Source of the DNA: Tubiluchus corallicola
Taxonomy: Eukaryota; Animalia; Priapulida
Length of the DNA: 64,000 nt
NCBI GenBank assembly: GCA_030141605.1
Contig: JAQGDQ010000275.1
Coordinates: forward strand, 1 to 64,000
Reading direction: 5' to 3'
Notes under the pieces: model-generated
What the model was told of the DNA's origin: nothing
Databases searched by the model: none
Seen by the model: only the letters and a program-made list of their open reading frames with translations
Shown here: one piece after another, positions 1 to 12,619 of the stretch
Layout: each line of letters opens with the position of its first letter
How positions within the stretch are numbered: the stretch's first letter is position 1
Position numbers and translations under genes: made by a program

Positions 1-270
1 AACAATAATTTTTTGAGTGAGTAACCAGTGAGTGATTTATAAATGCAGAGAAAAAAACGGGCAGCTCAATTTACTATTTGACTAAGTACTCAATAAATTT
101 CAAATTTCTTTTTTGATAAAATACCAGAGCACACTCTTCGAAAACTATACAAAAGTATTAGAAATACGTTTTTTGGTGGATCAGTAATGCACACTGGGAT
201 GGTGGTTCAGTGAACTTTTGCCAATTGGTGCGAACATTCTAAATTATTAAGAATTTTCTTTTCTATTTAT
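1..270 (-). repeat. Dispersed repeat family A fragment; related copies near 18815-18920, 25330-25650, 39170-39325, 45130-45310
   Basis: Reverse complement matches 25440-25650 (AGAAAATTCTT-ATAATTTA-AATGTTCGC-CCAA-TGG-AAAA...CCCAGTGT); the other copies share ATCCCAAA-AACTTT...TTGAAAGACT-A-GTA. Confidence 0.7.
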
Positions 271-447
271 GCAAGCATTTCAGTCATTTGACCACAATGC
301 TAATTAAGTAATATAACTTTGTGTGAAAAACATAGATTTTGATGAAGCACGTGCGCATAGAGAGATTGCTAGCTTACTCAATACTTCAAAAGTGTGTCAC
401 TCAAGAACAGTTTTTGCTTAACAATCGAATGTATTTTCACCAAAAAG

Positions 448-1644
448 CATGGCAGCATTGTTTGCCCAACAGTAGAACATAGAATTTGTGTTAGAACATG
501 GTGCCATTGTTTGTCCAACAGCAGAGCATAGAATTTGTCTTAGAGCATGGCGCCATTGTTTGCCCAACAGCAGAGCATAGAATTTATATTAGAACATGAC
601 ACCATTGTTTGCCCAACAGCAGAGCACAGAATTTGTATTAGAACATGGCGCCATTGTTTGCCCAACAGCAGAGCATAGAATTTATATTAGAACATGACAC
701 CATTGTTTGCCCAACAGCAGAGCACAGAATTTGTATTAGAACATGGCGCCATTGTTTGCCCAACAGCAGAGCATAGAATTTATATTAGAACATGACACCA
801 TTGTTTGCCCAACAGCAGAGCATAGAATTTGTATTAGAACATGACACCATTGTTTGCCCAACAGCAGAGCACAGAATTTGTATTAGAACATGGCGCCATT
901 GTTTGCCCAACAGCAGAGCATAGAATTTATATTAGAACATGACACCATTGTTTGCCCAACGGCAGAGCACAGAATTTGTATTAGAACATGGCGCCATTGT
1001 TTGCCCAACAGCAGAGCATAGAATTTATATTAGAACATGACACCATTGTTTGCCCAACAGCAGAGCATAGAATTTGTATTAGAAAATGGCGCCAATGTTT
1101 GCCCAACAGCAGAGCATAGAATTTGTATTAGAAAATGGTGCCATTGTTTGCCCAACAGCAGAGCATAGAATTTGTATTAGAACATGGTGCCATTGTTTGC
1201 CAAACAGCAGAGCATAGAATTTATATTAGAACATGGTGCCATTGTTTGGCAAACAGCAGAGCATAGAATTTGTATTAGAAAATGGTGCCATTGTTTGCCC
1301 AACAGCAGAGCATAGAATTTGTATTAGAACATGGTGCCATTGTTTGCCAAACAGCAGAGCATAGAATTTATATTAGAACATGGTGCCATTGTTTGGCAAA
1401 CAGCAGAGCCTAGAATTTGTATTAGGACATGGCGCCCATTTTTTGCCCAACAGCAGAGCATAGAATTTGTATTAGAACATGACACCATTGTTTGCCCAAC
1501 AGCAGAGCACAGAATTTGTATTAGAACATGGCGCCATTGTTTGCCCAACAGCAGAGCATAGAATTTATATTAGAACATGACAGCATTGTTTGCCCAACAG
1601 CAGAGCATAGAATTTGTATTAGAACATGGTGCCCATTGTTTGCC
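448..1644. repeat. 49-bp minisatellite, about 24 copies
   Basis: Unit CATGGCGCCATTGTTTGCCCAACAGCAGAGCATAGAATTTGTATTAGAA; unit starts at 448, 497, 546; head-to-tail with no spacers. Confidence 0.97.
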
Positions 1645-1661
1645 TCTTTTTGCGCGAGGCT

Positions 1662-1761
<100 letters not shown>

Positions 1762-1949
1762 ACGCATCTAAATCTATGGTGGAAAGTTTTTTGGAAGGTA
1801 TTTTAAAATTGCCTTTTCTTCCTCATTAAATAATATTATTTTTTGTAGATTGAAATTTTTTACGTGTTCAGTTTTTGTTCTTTGTTAGGTATATTATAAA
1901 AACAGTGAATAATTTAGCTCTTGTGCTCATATTGTGTGGTTTTTTTTAG

Positions 1950-2037
1950 AAAATGCCAGAATCCAGGAATCAGTGTGTACTGAATCACAACATTGTTCCT
2001 GTACAGCGAGTGCCAAGATATGAACTTTTACTTAAAG
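1950..2037 (+). CDS. FGD: FGD-family RhoGEF DH-domain exon 8 (KMPESRNQCVLNHNIVPVQRVPRYELLLK)
   Basis: ttttttttag acceptor, G|GTGCGT donor; PVQRVPRYELLLK is the DH conserved region 3 signature typical of FGD GEFs; starts in phase 0, ends in phase 1. Confidence 0.93.
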
Positions 2038-2112
2038 GTGCGTTAAATCACATTTAAATTTTACAAAAATAATCTGATCTCGTTAAATATATGTGTTCAG
2101 TCTTACTTCTGT

Positions 2113-2500
2113 AGATTAGATTAGATTAGATTATTTTCATTTATCTCTTCTATACGCACATAGATAGCAAATAAATACATGAGCAAAAAGTTATTAGTTC
2201 AGAGAAAGGATGACAAGTAATCATATGGGTTCTCAAGTCAGCCACAGTTCTAATTAAAGTTAATAAAACAAATGGCTTTAAAAAACGTGACATCAAGAAC
2301 GAAAATAACATGCAAAATTTTGCAAATTGACACAAATAGCTTAAAAACAAAATAAATTAAATACTATCGAATTATATAAACAAAAAGTTATGAGAGAAAT
2401 AGTGATTGTAAAATGAAATGTAAAAACAAATAAAGGTAAAATAAGCATACTCCAAGAAGAAGAGCAAAGTTTCAATATAACAATCAAAGGAAAATGGACT
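2113..2500 (-). mobile_element. Probable LINE 3' UTR remnant with (TCTAA)n tail
   Basis: Minus strand is T-rich and ends in ATAAATGAAAATAATCTAATCTAATCTAATCT; no ORF seen. Confidence 0.4.
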
Positions 2501-2643
2501 ATAATTTATGTACAGCGTAATGAATTAGTAAAACAATGTTCACACACCATAATGTGTAATGGCAAAATACTATGTTATTGTAGTTATTAATTCTGCAATT
2601 TTTTTAATCTGAAGATTAAAATGTGTTTTTGATACTTTTGCAG

Positions 2644-2694
2644 AGTACTTGAAACGTCTGCCAGCTGATTCTCCAGATAGGGCTGATGCAGAGA
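2644..2694 (+). CDS. FGD: FGD-family RhoGEF DH-domain exon 9 (EYLKRLPADSPDRADAE)
   Basis: ttttgcag acceptor, GTAAGT donor; phase 1 to 1; matches the FGD pattern DYLKxLPxDSPDxxDAE. Confidence 0.93.
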
Positions 2695-3001
2695 GTAAGT
2701 GAAACTTGAACTTTAGTCAAAAAAAGTAGTTTAGGTATTAATACTCTACTCAACTTTTAGCCATTTTTTTACAGTTTGTTAAACAGTGTCACCTGAATAT
2801 CAGTGACCCGTATGACATGCAGTTTTAAGATGCGTAGAACAGTTCAAGAGTCAATACGATGTTTATAAAAACAGATAGATACGCAAACTACTTTTGTGTA
2901 TCCAGTGGCTGCAGTGAATGTAAAAAATTGAAGATTTTTCATCGGCGAATTATTGAATTCTTAAGCACTTTGTGCAAAAATCAATATTGTTAAAAGGACT
3001 A

Positions 3002-3163
3002 CAGTCAAGCCTCATTATAATCCCCCCTTTATAATGCCTAATACTCAAATGTTTAGAAAAACAAAATATCTATATCTGTGTAGACATATAAGTACTAATG
3101 CACCTCTTTATGATGCCAACTTTATTGCAGTCCCAAAGTAGCTGGTATATAAAGGTTTGACTA
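3002..3163. mobile_element. Small Tc1/pogo-like MITE
   Basis: TA|CAGTCAAGCCTCATTATA ... TATAAAGGTTTGACTA imperfect terminal inverted repeats. Confidence 0.5.
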
Positions 3164-3585
3164 CATCATATTTTTCAAGTTGTTAGCTTTTTTATTAACA
3201 TTTTAATGAATGTATTGTAAATACTTGCCCCATATTAAATTTTACATATTTTATACTTGCATGTTTTCAACTTCCATCAGGTTAATGTGTTCTTACATTT
3301 TGCTTTAGGCAAAACTGGTGCATATATTTGCTCATTAGGCAAATGTGCACTTTCAATGCCTTGTAAGGCTTGTGCGCTGCATGTTGTTAGAAAAGCAGCG
3401 TGTTCTTTGTTGATTATGGCAACATGATGAAGCCAATTTTCTTCAAAGAAACTTTAGCATAAATGAGCACACAGAAGCTTTTTGTTTCAGTAGTCGAACA
3501 GAGAAGTTACTGCCTGGCCAGTTTTTCTGAAAGTCGCAAATCGTATTATTGTTTTATTTTCATATTTTGTTGCATATTTTTGCAG

Positions 3586-3644
3586 AGGCGCTTAGTCAAG
3601 TGTCATCGGCGGCTCACCATATCAACAACATGATGCGCAGAATT
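3586..3644 (+). CDS. FGD: FGD-family RhoGEF DH-domain exon 10 (KALSQVSSAAHHINNMMRRI)
   Basis: tttttgcag acceptor, GTAAGT donor; phase 1 to 0; resembles the DH C-terminal helix KALxxISxAAxHxN. Confidence 0.9.
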
Positions 3645-3805
3645 GTAAGTATTTGATCAGCCGCACTATCAGCGACTTTTACGTGGTTTTGGTTTTGAAT
3701 TAGGTGCCATTCATCTAATACATGAAAGAACCAGCCTCTAGCCTAACAATTTCTGTAAAATTCAATCCTAAGTCTCTTTACCACCTCATTTGTGCCTAAT
3801 AAATA

Positions 3806-3809
<4 letters not shown>

Positions 3810-3894
<85 letters not shown>

Positions 3895-3987
3895 TAATAA
3901 TAATAATAATAACAATAATAATAATGATGATGATAATGATAATAATAATAATAATAACAACAACAACAACAACAATAATAATAATAA
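3810..3987. repeat. (AAT)n compound microsatellite
   Basis: Direct reading. Confidence 0.98.
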
Positions 3988-5226
3988 TGAAACGGTTCCC
4001 TTGATGTACAGTGAGAGTATGCATGATAGAAAAGGTGCATAAAAACCTACCTTGTAACGCTTGGGAGCCACAACATTAAAAACTTTGCATATGAAGGCCT
4101 GTGTCAGTTGATTTCTGGTACAGAGTACTAGAAAGACTACCGTATGCACAGCTGGAAATTTCCAGATATAAGAATGACAATTTACCTTCTGCTTTGACCT
4201 CCACAGTAAAACTAATGGCTGTGTAAGCTATTCAGATAGGTGAGCATAGCCTATGCATCGTCCTGGTCATCTATAAGTAAAAGGTGTCACCACTATATCT
4301 GTGGTACAAGTGGAGCCAGCGGTTGGCTCAACTCAACTGTTGAAACCCCCTTTGGTTGTCAAGCTCAATCTCTAAATGTGACAAAAATATATTTGCCTAA
4401 ACGGGTCCCTTTTCTTCTGTTACACTGGTAATTAAATGTACAATGTCTGCAAATATATGCAGTTAAACTGAGACTGAATTTTACCCGTGTTACCTGAAGT
4501 TTAGTTCAAAATCAATTTTCAATGTTGAGAAATGCTAACTGCGTTCGTTATGGGAATGAGTGACTACAGGCGAGTGCTGGGTTGAAACTGAAAATGGGCA
4601 TTTTCCAAACACACCAATTAACAATTGTCTCGGCTTGCTATGCTTATTAAAAAGAATTCAGTCTTTTCTTAGTGTATGAGTTAGATATTTTTGTGTGATA
4701 CATGAGCTTTTTTGAATCCTTACTTTTCGTGGGTATGGTGTGTATATTCAGACACTAAATGTTATTAGAAGACACTCAGAATAATTCTGCATTAATGTAA
4801 ATCATTGTTTTTACTTTTTTTCTTTTTCAAAGCCCTGGCTTTACTTCTGCATGACCGTGTATAAACTTATGAAATCAGTGTTGTGGCTGAGTTACTACGC
4901 GAGTGAGCAATTATCCATGTTAATTCAGCGTGGGTTTTATTGTGTACACGAGTAAATGGAGTGGTTTGACCTACCTACCTAAATTATTTATGCTTTGGGG
5001 CTTTACATTTGAGGACCACTTTCATTTTCTGTTGGCAATTAGCCGAACAACACAACCTATTAAAGAACCAATTGACTAACCTAGACCAAAATGACCTACT
5101 AGCCAACGTGTCAACCAGCCGATTCAACAGTCAACCAACTGATCTGCCACATGAGGCAGCCACATTTTCACAGTCGGCAATAATAGCTCTTTGAGCTAAT
5201 GCTAATTGTTCACTCAAAAGCAGACA

Positions 5227-5250
5227 TTATTATTATTATTATTATTATTA

Positions 5251-5332
<82 letters not shown>
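5227..5332. repeat. (TTA)n microsatellite
   Basis: Direct reading. Confidence 0.98.
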
Positions 5333-8216
5333 GACTAGTTATATTATTAGCAGATCTGTAAAACAGGCTTTTGTCAATATATGCAGCAACATAAACCAAA
5401 TTCATTTAGTAGCGCAAACACTTTATTATTGACTGTTATTCCTGTACACTACGTTGTGACTACTAGATTAAAACTACAAAGGCTCAAATCAGTTGAAACT
5501 GGTTAGCCTTGGGCAATACATCAGAAACCAGTCAGGTGAGAAATTGATTCACTGTAGTCTAACTTGCTGTAAAGTTGTAATGTTGCTGTATTAGACATTC
5601 GGCCAATTAGTAAGTCAACCAGCTAGGCAAGCAGTCAGTCAGTTTGTCAGTCATTCAGTAATTTGGTTAGTCAGTTGGTCAACTGATGGCTGCGTACAAT
5701 GTGAACAGTGACTTTTGAAAACTGTTGCTTCTCATATTTTTATCTTAATAGTGCAGCACTTTCTTCTTAATTGCTGTGCTTTCTGTGCAGCGATACTTGG
5801 CATGTCCAACCTTGAATAGTGAAAACAGACCTGCCAACCATTTGATGTAAAAATGAGTATGAAGTGTAGAAAGCCCAAGGATCACCTCACCCTGGCTAGG
5901 ATCTAGGGGACAAATTATGTGTCAAAACTTTTGCTTTTTTTAGTGTCAAAATCGAATTACCAAAAAATAAAACAGTTAAGGTAATTTTTTTAAGTTATGT
6001 TATGTAATGTTATGGCAGTTCGTATGTTTTATATATAAATGTTCTTTTGTACACAAAAAAACACATGAGAAAAACTCAATAGCTATAAAGAAGTTCTAAA
6101 GGTGGTGAGTTTCATTTTACTGTAGTTCTCATAAACTTTATTTTATCACTCAGTAGTGATACCATACATTGCTCTCTCTATCAAGTCACATACTTACAAT
6201 GCTATCTGTAAAAACCAACTGCCCAGGTAAAATTTTCCATGAAGTGAAAGGAAGCCAGCAATTCAATGAAGGTAAATGTTATGCATACTACTTCAAGGAT
6301 GAAAGTTTAGACTGTACACAGTGAAATAAACTAGTTTCATAGCTGTAATTTCTTGTATAGGATTTTAATTTAATATTTTAACAAGAGAATGCCATAATAC
6401 AACTATTGATAATAATTACAAACTAATAATTAATAAAAATAAGATCAAGAAACGACATGACAATAGCATGGGTCAAAAGAATTCAATTTTCAAAAATTGC
6501 AATATCCTTTAATGTACATTGTGAGGCTCATGAATGCTACTGTATTATCGAGAATAGTATCGATGGTTTTGTTGTAGTTGGTACTGATGGCCAAACAAAG
6601 CCAGATGATTTGTAATCGCACCACACATATTTTGTGTATGAATTTGCAGAATGCGTGAGAATTGAAATTTGACGCACGTGCGAGTGCAAAAGACTTAAAA
6701 TGCATGTGGCACCTGCTTAATTTACTTAGTTTAATTTAGTTTATTCACATCTATTAGTACATAAAACGACATTCATAAAAAAACGGTACAACTACTAGCA
6801 CACTAAATAATTAGCAATTATTAAAATGTGCAGGAGGACACACAGAGCAAAGCTACTTACATGTGTCTACCAAATTTAAGAAGCCTTGTTAAATCAGCAT
6901 ATTCAAGTCTTTTACGAAATAACTTAACATTTCCAGTAGTAACTAATGGTGAACCATTTACAGAAGCAGGCAATAAGTTCCATATTGAAACAACACGATT
7001 TGAGAAAAATTCATGAAAGTGTGTTTTACATGTACTCCTTACAAAGAGTTTTAATGAGTCATTACTTTTAGTTTTATTATTTAAAGCTTTGGTAAAAAAT
7101 GTTCCCTGTTTAAATCAGCATCCTTAGGCATAATCTTGTAACACATGCACAACTCAGAAATTATACGTCTTTTTTCTAATGATTTAAGACTCAGAATTTG
7201 TAATCTATGTGGATATGACTCATAATGCGTGAGAGTTTGCGCTAATGTTTTACATTATGGTTGGAACTGAGATTATAGTTAGAGTGGAACAGTTAAGCTT
7301 AACACTTTGTCAAATATTACATGTAAGAATATTGCAACATATGTCTAATAACTTTGTCTATAAACTATACACTCATAATATAGTCAGTTCAATAAATAAA
7401 CTGATGTCAGTATACCAACGAAATCGACTGATTATTTAGACGTCCTCTTTACTATAGTTAGGTTCGATTGCAGGCCTAAACAGCAAACAAAGACGATACT
7501 GAATTATGCAAAACATGTTGCAGTTCGCAACTAATAAATCAATAACTACCAGATATTACAATGGAGCATATTTCAGCTCTCCACAACTCATGTTATCAAT
7601 TTGTGGAATGGCGGTGAAAAGAAAAGTTTTTTTGGAAAGCATATAAACTGCACTTACTCCTCTGGTGGCAATAGTTTCATTCTTTTGCATACATGTCACA
7701 CCAGGTAACAGGGAAATAAACAGCTGTATAGTTACCGCATCGCTGGCATCTAACGAGCCGTTAAAACCAGACGCATTTTTCAAAGCTTCTTGGAATCAAT
7801 AAGAAAAGAATCATTAACAAGTGCTAAGAAGAAGTCTGTTAAGTTTGTTTTTTAGTTTCACACGATATTGACCATTTCATAAACAACCTACTATATGATA
7901 ACTTTTATTAAATTTTTGTTAGGAAAATCCAACGTTTCCACTGCACACTAGCACTCATTGTCAAGAAACAAAGAATTATTTGAAATTCAGACAATTTAGT
8001 TCCTGGCAATGACTGCTAATCTTTACAGCAGCGCAAACGCTCGATTTTCCTATTAAAAATGCAACAAAGTCTATTATATAGCACGCTATTTATGAAACAG
8101 ATATTGTTCTTCTGATAAAAAATTTGAAAACTTCATATTGATCACGTTTTTTTATGAAATTATCAACACCAGTGGGTACTTATAGAAGAAGTTTGAGAGG
8201 TAACACTAAAACGTAC

Positions 8217-8373
8217 TGATATTTCATCTATGATGGCACGAAATCTTGCAGATTTCACCATCCAGAAATTAATGGTCTTCTGAGAGATCTCGTAGTTGTT
8301 GACATACTCGGTGTACATCTTAAGGAATGGAGCAAATCTAACCATTATGTCTCCTATTCTCCGTACCTTGTCC
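8217..8373 (-). CDS. FGD: FGD-family RhoGEF DH exon 7 (W-DKVRRIGDIMVRFAPFLKMYTEYVNNYEISQKTINFWMVKSARFRAIIDEIS)
   Basis: attccag acceptor, TCA|GTACGT donor; IGDIM..APFLKMY.EYV.N is the FGD DH motif; phase 2 to 0. Confidence 0.94.
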
Positions 8374-8518
8374 CTGGAATTGCATCTATTGTTAGTAAAA
8401 AGTGATGCTGGCTACTGCATGTGAACACTTATTGTAAAAAATACAAAAGAATAAACTCGAAATAAGGAGTCAGCCCAAGAGTAATTAAGCAAAATGAGTA
8501 CGTGCTTATAGCCTGAGG

Positions 8519-8903
8519 CAGGGTTCCCACAGAATTTTAAAATAAATTTCCCAGACCAAATATTGATTTTCCATAACCCAAGATAAGCAGAAATTTGCAT
8601 TACCAGTATACATATTCAAACATTTTTGTGTATGGACATTCAAACATATAGTGATATATAATGTGTCAACACAGTTGCAGTAGTGTTAATGAAACTACAC
8701 TAATCACATTAAATAAACTTTCTTAGTCCAATCATTGTCATAAATCGCTGACAAATATATTTGGAAAAATATCGGTTCCCGGTGATCATTTTTGCAACCC
8801 TGGCTCTTTACCAAATTATCTTTTTCCCTGACTTTTCCATGACTTTCCAGGATAGCCTGTATTTTCAAAGATTTTCCAGGATTTTCTGACTGTGGGAACC
8901 CTG
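8519..8903. mobile_element. MITE with 14-bp perfect TIRs CAGGGTTCCCACAG
   Basis: CAGGGTTCCCACAG at 8519 and CTGTGGGAACCCTG ending 8903; subterminal TTTTCCAG repeats. Confidence 0.75.
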
Positions 8904-9357
8904 CTCAGGTGAAGAGGGGAACACCAAGTTTTTTCAATTTGGATAACTACCCAGAAGTAAGATATATTGGAATATGTTTGGCAGTTTCTGTGTCTGTTCT
9001 CTGTCCATATGATGAGGACATTGATTGATTATATAACATGTCATGATATATTTCAAGCGTGGTAATGATGACTACATGACTACTACAAATAAGTCCTACT
9101 GCAAGTTTCACACTTCGAAAAATAAAATTTCTTTGTAATATTAATTGTAATATGTCAATGTAATATGTAATATTAATTTTGAAATACATATATACATATT
9201 TATACATATGGATGTAATGTGCTTATATATAGCACCTCTCGAGTTCTTAATCCGGCCCAGAAAGGAGTCCTCCAGCTTTATTGTTTAACATAGGTAAAAA
9301 TCAAACGAATGATACAATTAAAATCCACAAAAAGTAATTAAAAGTTTAATTGTTCAC

Positions 9358-9506
9358 CATTCTTGCATTCTGACTTCCAGCTGAGGTAAAACAAAGTCGT
9401 GGTGTAACTGGTATATACACTTGAGATTGGAAAATATGTTCCGCACCACTTCTTGAGGAAAAATATTGTGCTGTCGATTTTCTACATCAACTCGATGACG
9501 TAACAC
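9358..9506 (-). CDS. FGD: FGD-family RhoGEF DH exon 6 (VLRHRVDVENRQHNIFPQEVVRNIFSNLKCIYQLHHDFVLPQLEVRMQEW)
   Basis: ttttctgcag acceptor, TG|GTGAAC donor; IFSNL..IY.LH..F.LP.LE.RM.EW FGD motif; phase 0 to 2. Confidence 0.94.
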
Positions 9507-9701
9507 CTGCAGAAAACGAGCTCATTACTAATTAGCCGTACGGAAACTTGTTTCTAGTACAGAATGGTGCAGAGTTGTACGGGATTAAGACATTTGTATT
9601 TGTAATAAACATTATACTTTTCGTGTTGGTTTTTTGTAGAGCTGATGTATCATGGATAGAGCAATAGCTATTTTGTGTATTGAAATATATGTACTACACT
9701 C

Positions 9702-10064
9702 ATATCTTGGTTTGCTGGACAAAAGCGGGGAGACATTGGTCCGAATTTGCCGATTGTCCGTATTTACCGATACTAAGCTAATACAGTAGGTGCCATGTAT
9801 TAGACTCACGGTAATGTAGAACTAATCGCCTAATTGTCTCAAAAACGTCTAGCATGGGCCGCTCCTGACATACGAGATACACACGTGTCGTTACATGCTG
9901 CGTGGTTGCACTGATGAAATGATATAAACAAATGACAGTCCGCCAACTAGCGGTCAGCTCACGAAACAACGGACTGTGTCTGTAGTATGCGGGACTTTCA
10001 ACAGTCCAGATTTTGTCCGATTCTTCCGATATCTGTAAAAGCGAGGTCTGGCAAACCGAAATAT
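9702..10064. mobile_element. Degenerate MITE
   Basis: ATATCTTGGTTTGCTGGAC and GTCTGGCAAACCGAAATAT are imperfect inverted ends around a GC-richer core. Confidence 0.5.
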
Positions 10065-10311
10065 AAATGTACTTCAAATTGACAGTTGTGGGGGGCTAAG
10101 TGTTTTCTGAAAATGGCCTTAGAAAAAAGATTGAAACGCAACATTTAAGCCATGTTTAGATGTTTTATGTGGGCATTTGTCATTTTTTTATTGTATTACC
10201 TTTCTACTAGTACATCAAAAGACCCAATACACAATGCAAGAAAACACTCAAATAACTGTGTAAATGGTTTGCTGTGGAGTGAGAAACTTATAATGGTGAA
10301 TTTCAATATAC

Positions 10312-10425
10312 CTGATCAATCAAATGTAATTTTTCTACATAGCTTCTTTCAGTAGTGAGAACCTCTAATGCAATCCTGTAGAGATAGTAGGTATTTTTCT
10401 CCTCTTCTGCAGCCCCTGGTTTAAC
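10312..10425 (-). CDS. FGD: FGD-family RhoGEF exon 5, start of DH domain (VKPGAAEEEKNTYYLYRIALEVLTTERSYVEKLHLIDQ)
   Basis: tttttgcag acceptor, CAG|GTATAT donor; IA.E.L.TE..YV..L.L.DQ is DH conserved region 1; phase 0 to 0. Confidence 0.94.
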
Positions 10426-10452
10426 CTGCAAAAAGTACAATATTGGTTGAAT

Positions 10453-10762
<310 letters not shown>

Positions 10763-10783
10763 GAATTACACAAGCATACATAC

Positions 10784-11018
10784 ACCCTGAGGTGCTTCAG
10801 AAGGTAATATCAGTCCTCCTATTTGCGACTGCACACTAGCTAACTCCGACGGTTCAATGCTTATCAACTCAGATGGTGCAACTATGCTCTCGATATCGCT
10901 GTCGTCTGGCAACACTTCATTGTCATCATCATCATCCTCACTGTCTTCCTCCTCCACAGAGTGTTCAAAAGCTTCATTCACATGCTCCTTGTTGTAGGAG
11001 TACTTTTTGTCCCCAATG
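10784..11018 (-). CDS. FGD: FGD-family RhoGEF exon 4 (acidic linker, N-IGDKKYSYNKEHVNEAFEHSVEEEDSEDDDDDNE...EAPQG)
   Basis: actttcag acceptor, GGT|GTATGT donor; 235 nt open; phase 2 to 0 fits both neighbours. Confidence 0.85.
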
Positions 11019-11434
11019 CTGAAAGTGGATACAAATATATTAAGCAGTTAAATTATATTAAAATCCCGTATTAGCAAGAATGATGAAAGGAAATTTCAGA
11101 AAACATGGCAAAAACCTGCCATTAGCTAAATAGACTCCATTCTTTTAATAGTTTAGTAAAAAAGTTGTATTTAATGTTGGTGATAATAACTGGAAAATCT
11201 ATAACTGTCTAGCTATCATTAGGGATGGTAAATTGGTAGGAGAGTAAAAGAGACTCAGACTTTAAGAGATATTTGTTTATATTTCTTACTCACATAAGCA
11301 ACTCACCACTTAAAGTACCCGAATTTTACATTAGATTAAAATTACTAGCATACTAACTAAAATAATTAACTTCAGTAAAGCTAGGAATTCTCCCATAGAA
11401 AGATACTGAGGTGAGCTGATAGCCAAATGAGAAA

Positions 11435-11723
11435 TGTGAAATGTGGGTAAAACAAAGCCGTCTGCTGCATCAGTACCTTAACTTGAGTTGTTTTACATGG
11501 AATTTACTTAATTATGCACTAGTTTTTGCGTAGAGTGATTTACTAGCATGATTTTGTTTGGGAACAAGAAAAAATGAACTAGTAAGGTTCTAGCTAGCTG
11601 TTAAAACTGTCGCTATTATAACAGCATGGGCTGCGAAGCGTTGTCAAGTGTACACAAATGCAATGTCTACTACACTTAACCTTTGACCCATTCACGATCA
11701 TCAATCACAGGAACTGTGAAAAG
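11435..11723 (+). mobile_element. MITE family B, 5'-truncated copy
   Basis: Shares AAGAAAAAATGAACTAG-TAAGGTTCTAGCTAGCTGT...ACACTTAACCTTT...AACTGTGAAAAG with 19947-20346. Confidence 0.8.
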
Positions 11724-11788
11724 TCGCATTCCAAGAGCCAAGAGTCAATTCTTTACTCTGTCAAACATACGACTGATTGCTGACTTAC

Positions 11789-11983
11789 TTGCACTGATAA
11801 GAAGTTTTACTGCTGGAGTATTGATACGTGTTGGTAGTCTTCTTCACTGTCGGTTTACCCACCATTACCCCCTTTGGCAGATTATTAAGCAGTTCAATGC
11901 TGGGACGAGACAGCCGCCCACCAGAGAGGAACGAGATCTCTTCCAGTTTGGTACCGGAACCGCCTTCCAATCTCTCAACGGAT
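11789..11983 (-). CDS. FGD: FGD-family RhoGEF exon 3 (R-SVERLEGGSGTKLEEISF...SKTSYQC)
   Basis: attttctag acceptor, AA|GTAAGT donor; 195 nt open; phase 2 to 2. Confidence 0.82.
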
Positions 11984-12619
11984 CTAGAAAATATGGAAGA
12001 GATCAGTTACAGCTACAACATCAATAACAAGACAAAACAATTTTCACTGAAGCAGCATAACAACTTTACGGTGTTTCTTCACCATTACGCGACAAATGAG
12101 AAAATGTATGTCAGTAAAAACATGTGGGGAGTTTAACAATCAAAATAATGAGCAAAATATGTTGTCGTAAATTGGTATGCTGCAAAAATCCTATTATTCC
12201 AGATGTCTAACATTGCCTTCCGACAAAAAATTTCGGCTGAATTCTGACTAATGGTTACACTAGGCGTAATCTAGCTGTCTTAGCTGATTTACAACAGTAA
12301 AAAATCGCCAAGTCACACAACATTAACAAATTGGAATTTATGTTAAGTGGAGCATATCTAGAAACATAGCTGACAACCAACGCTTGAAGGTTATAGAAAT
12401 TTTCATTTTTAGACGTGATCTGATTTACAGTTCTGAGATTACATAGACAGACGCTTGAAAAACAAACTGCATGCTAATGGAACCGTGGTTTTTAAGGAGG
12501 TTTTTTGATAGCTTTAGGTCTTTAAGTCGACTAAAAATATCGAGAGGTTTTCAAGACTTTAATAGAAAGCCAGCTCTTTTGCTTAACGGATTATTTTCAG
12601 GTTTCTTTGTGCTTCTTAC

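Noticed and set aside
448-1644. CRISPR-like periodicity and short ORFs
   Set aside because: Units are contiguous near-identical repeats with no unique spacers, in a eukaryotic context with no cas genes
7556-7788. Minus-strand ORF as a possible cis continuation of the DH domain after 8217
   Set aside because: Phase-0 entry at the available AGs gives an immediate TGA, and the open frame lacks PVQR or other DH similarity
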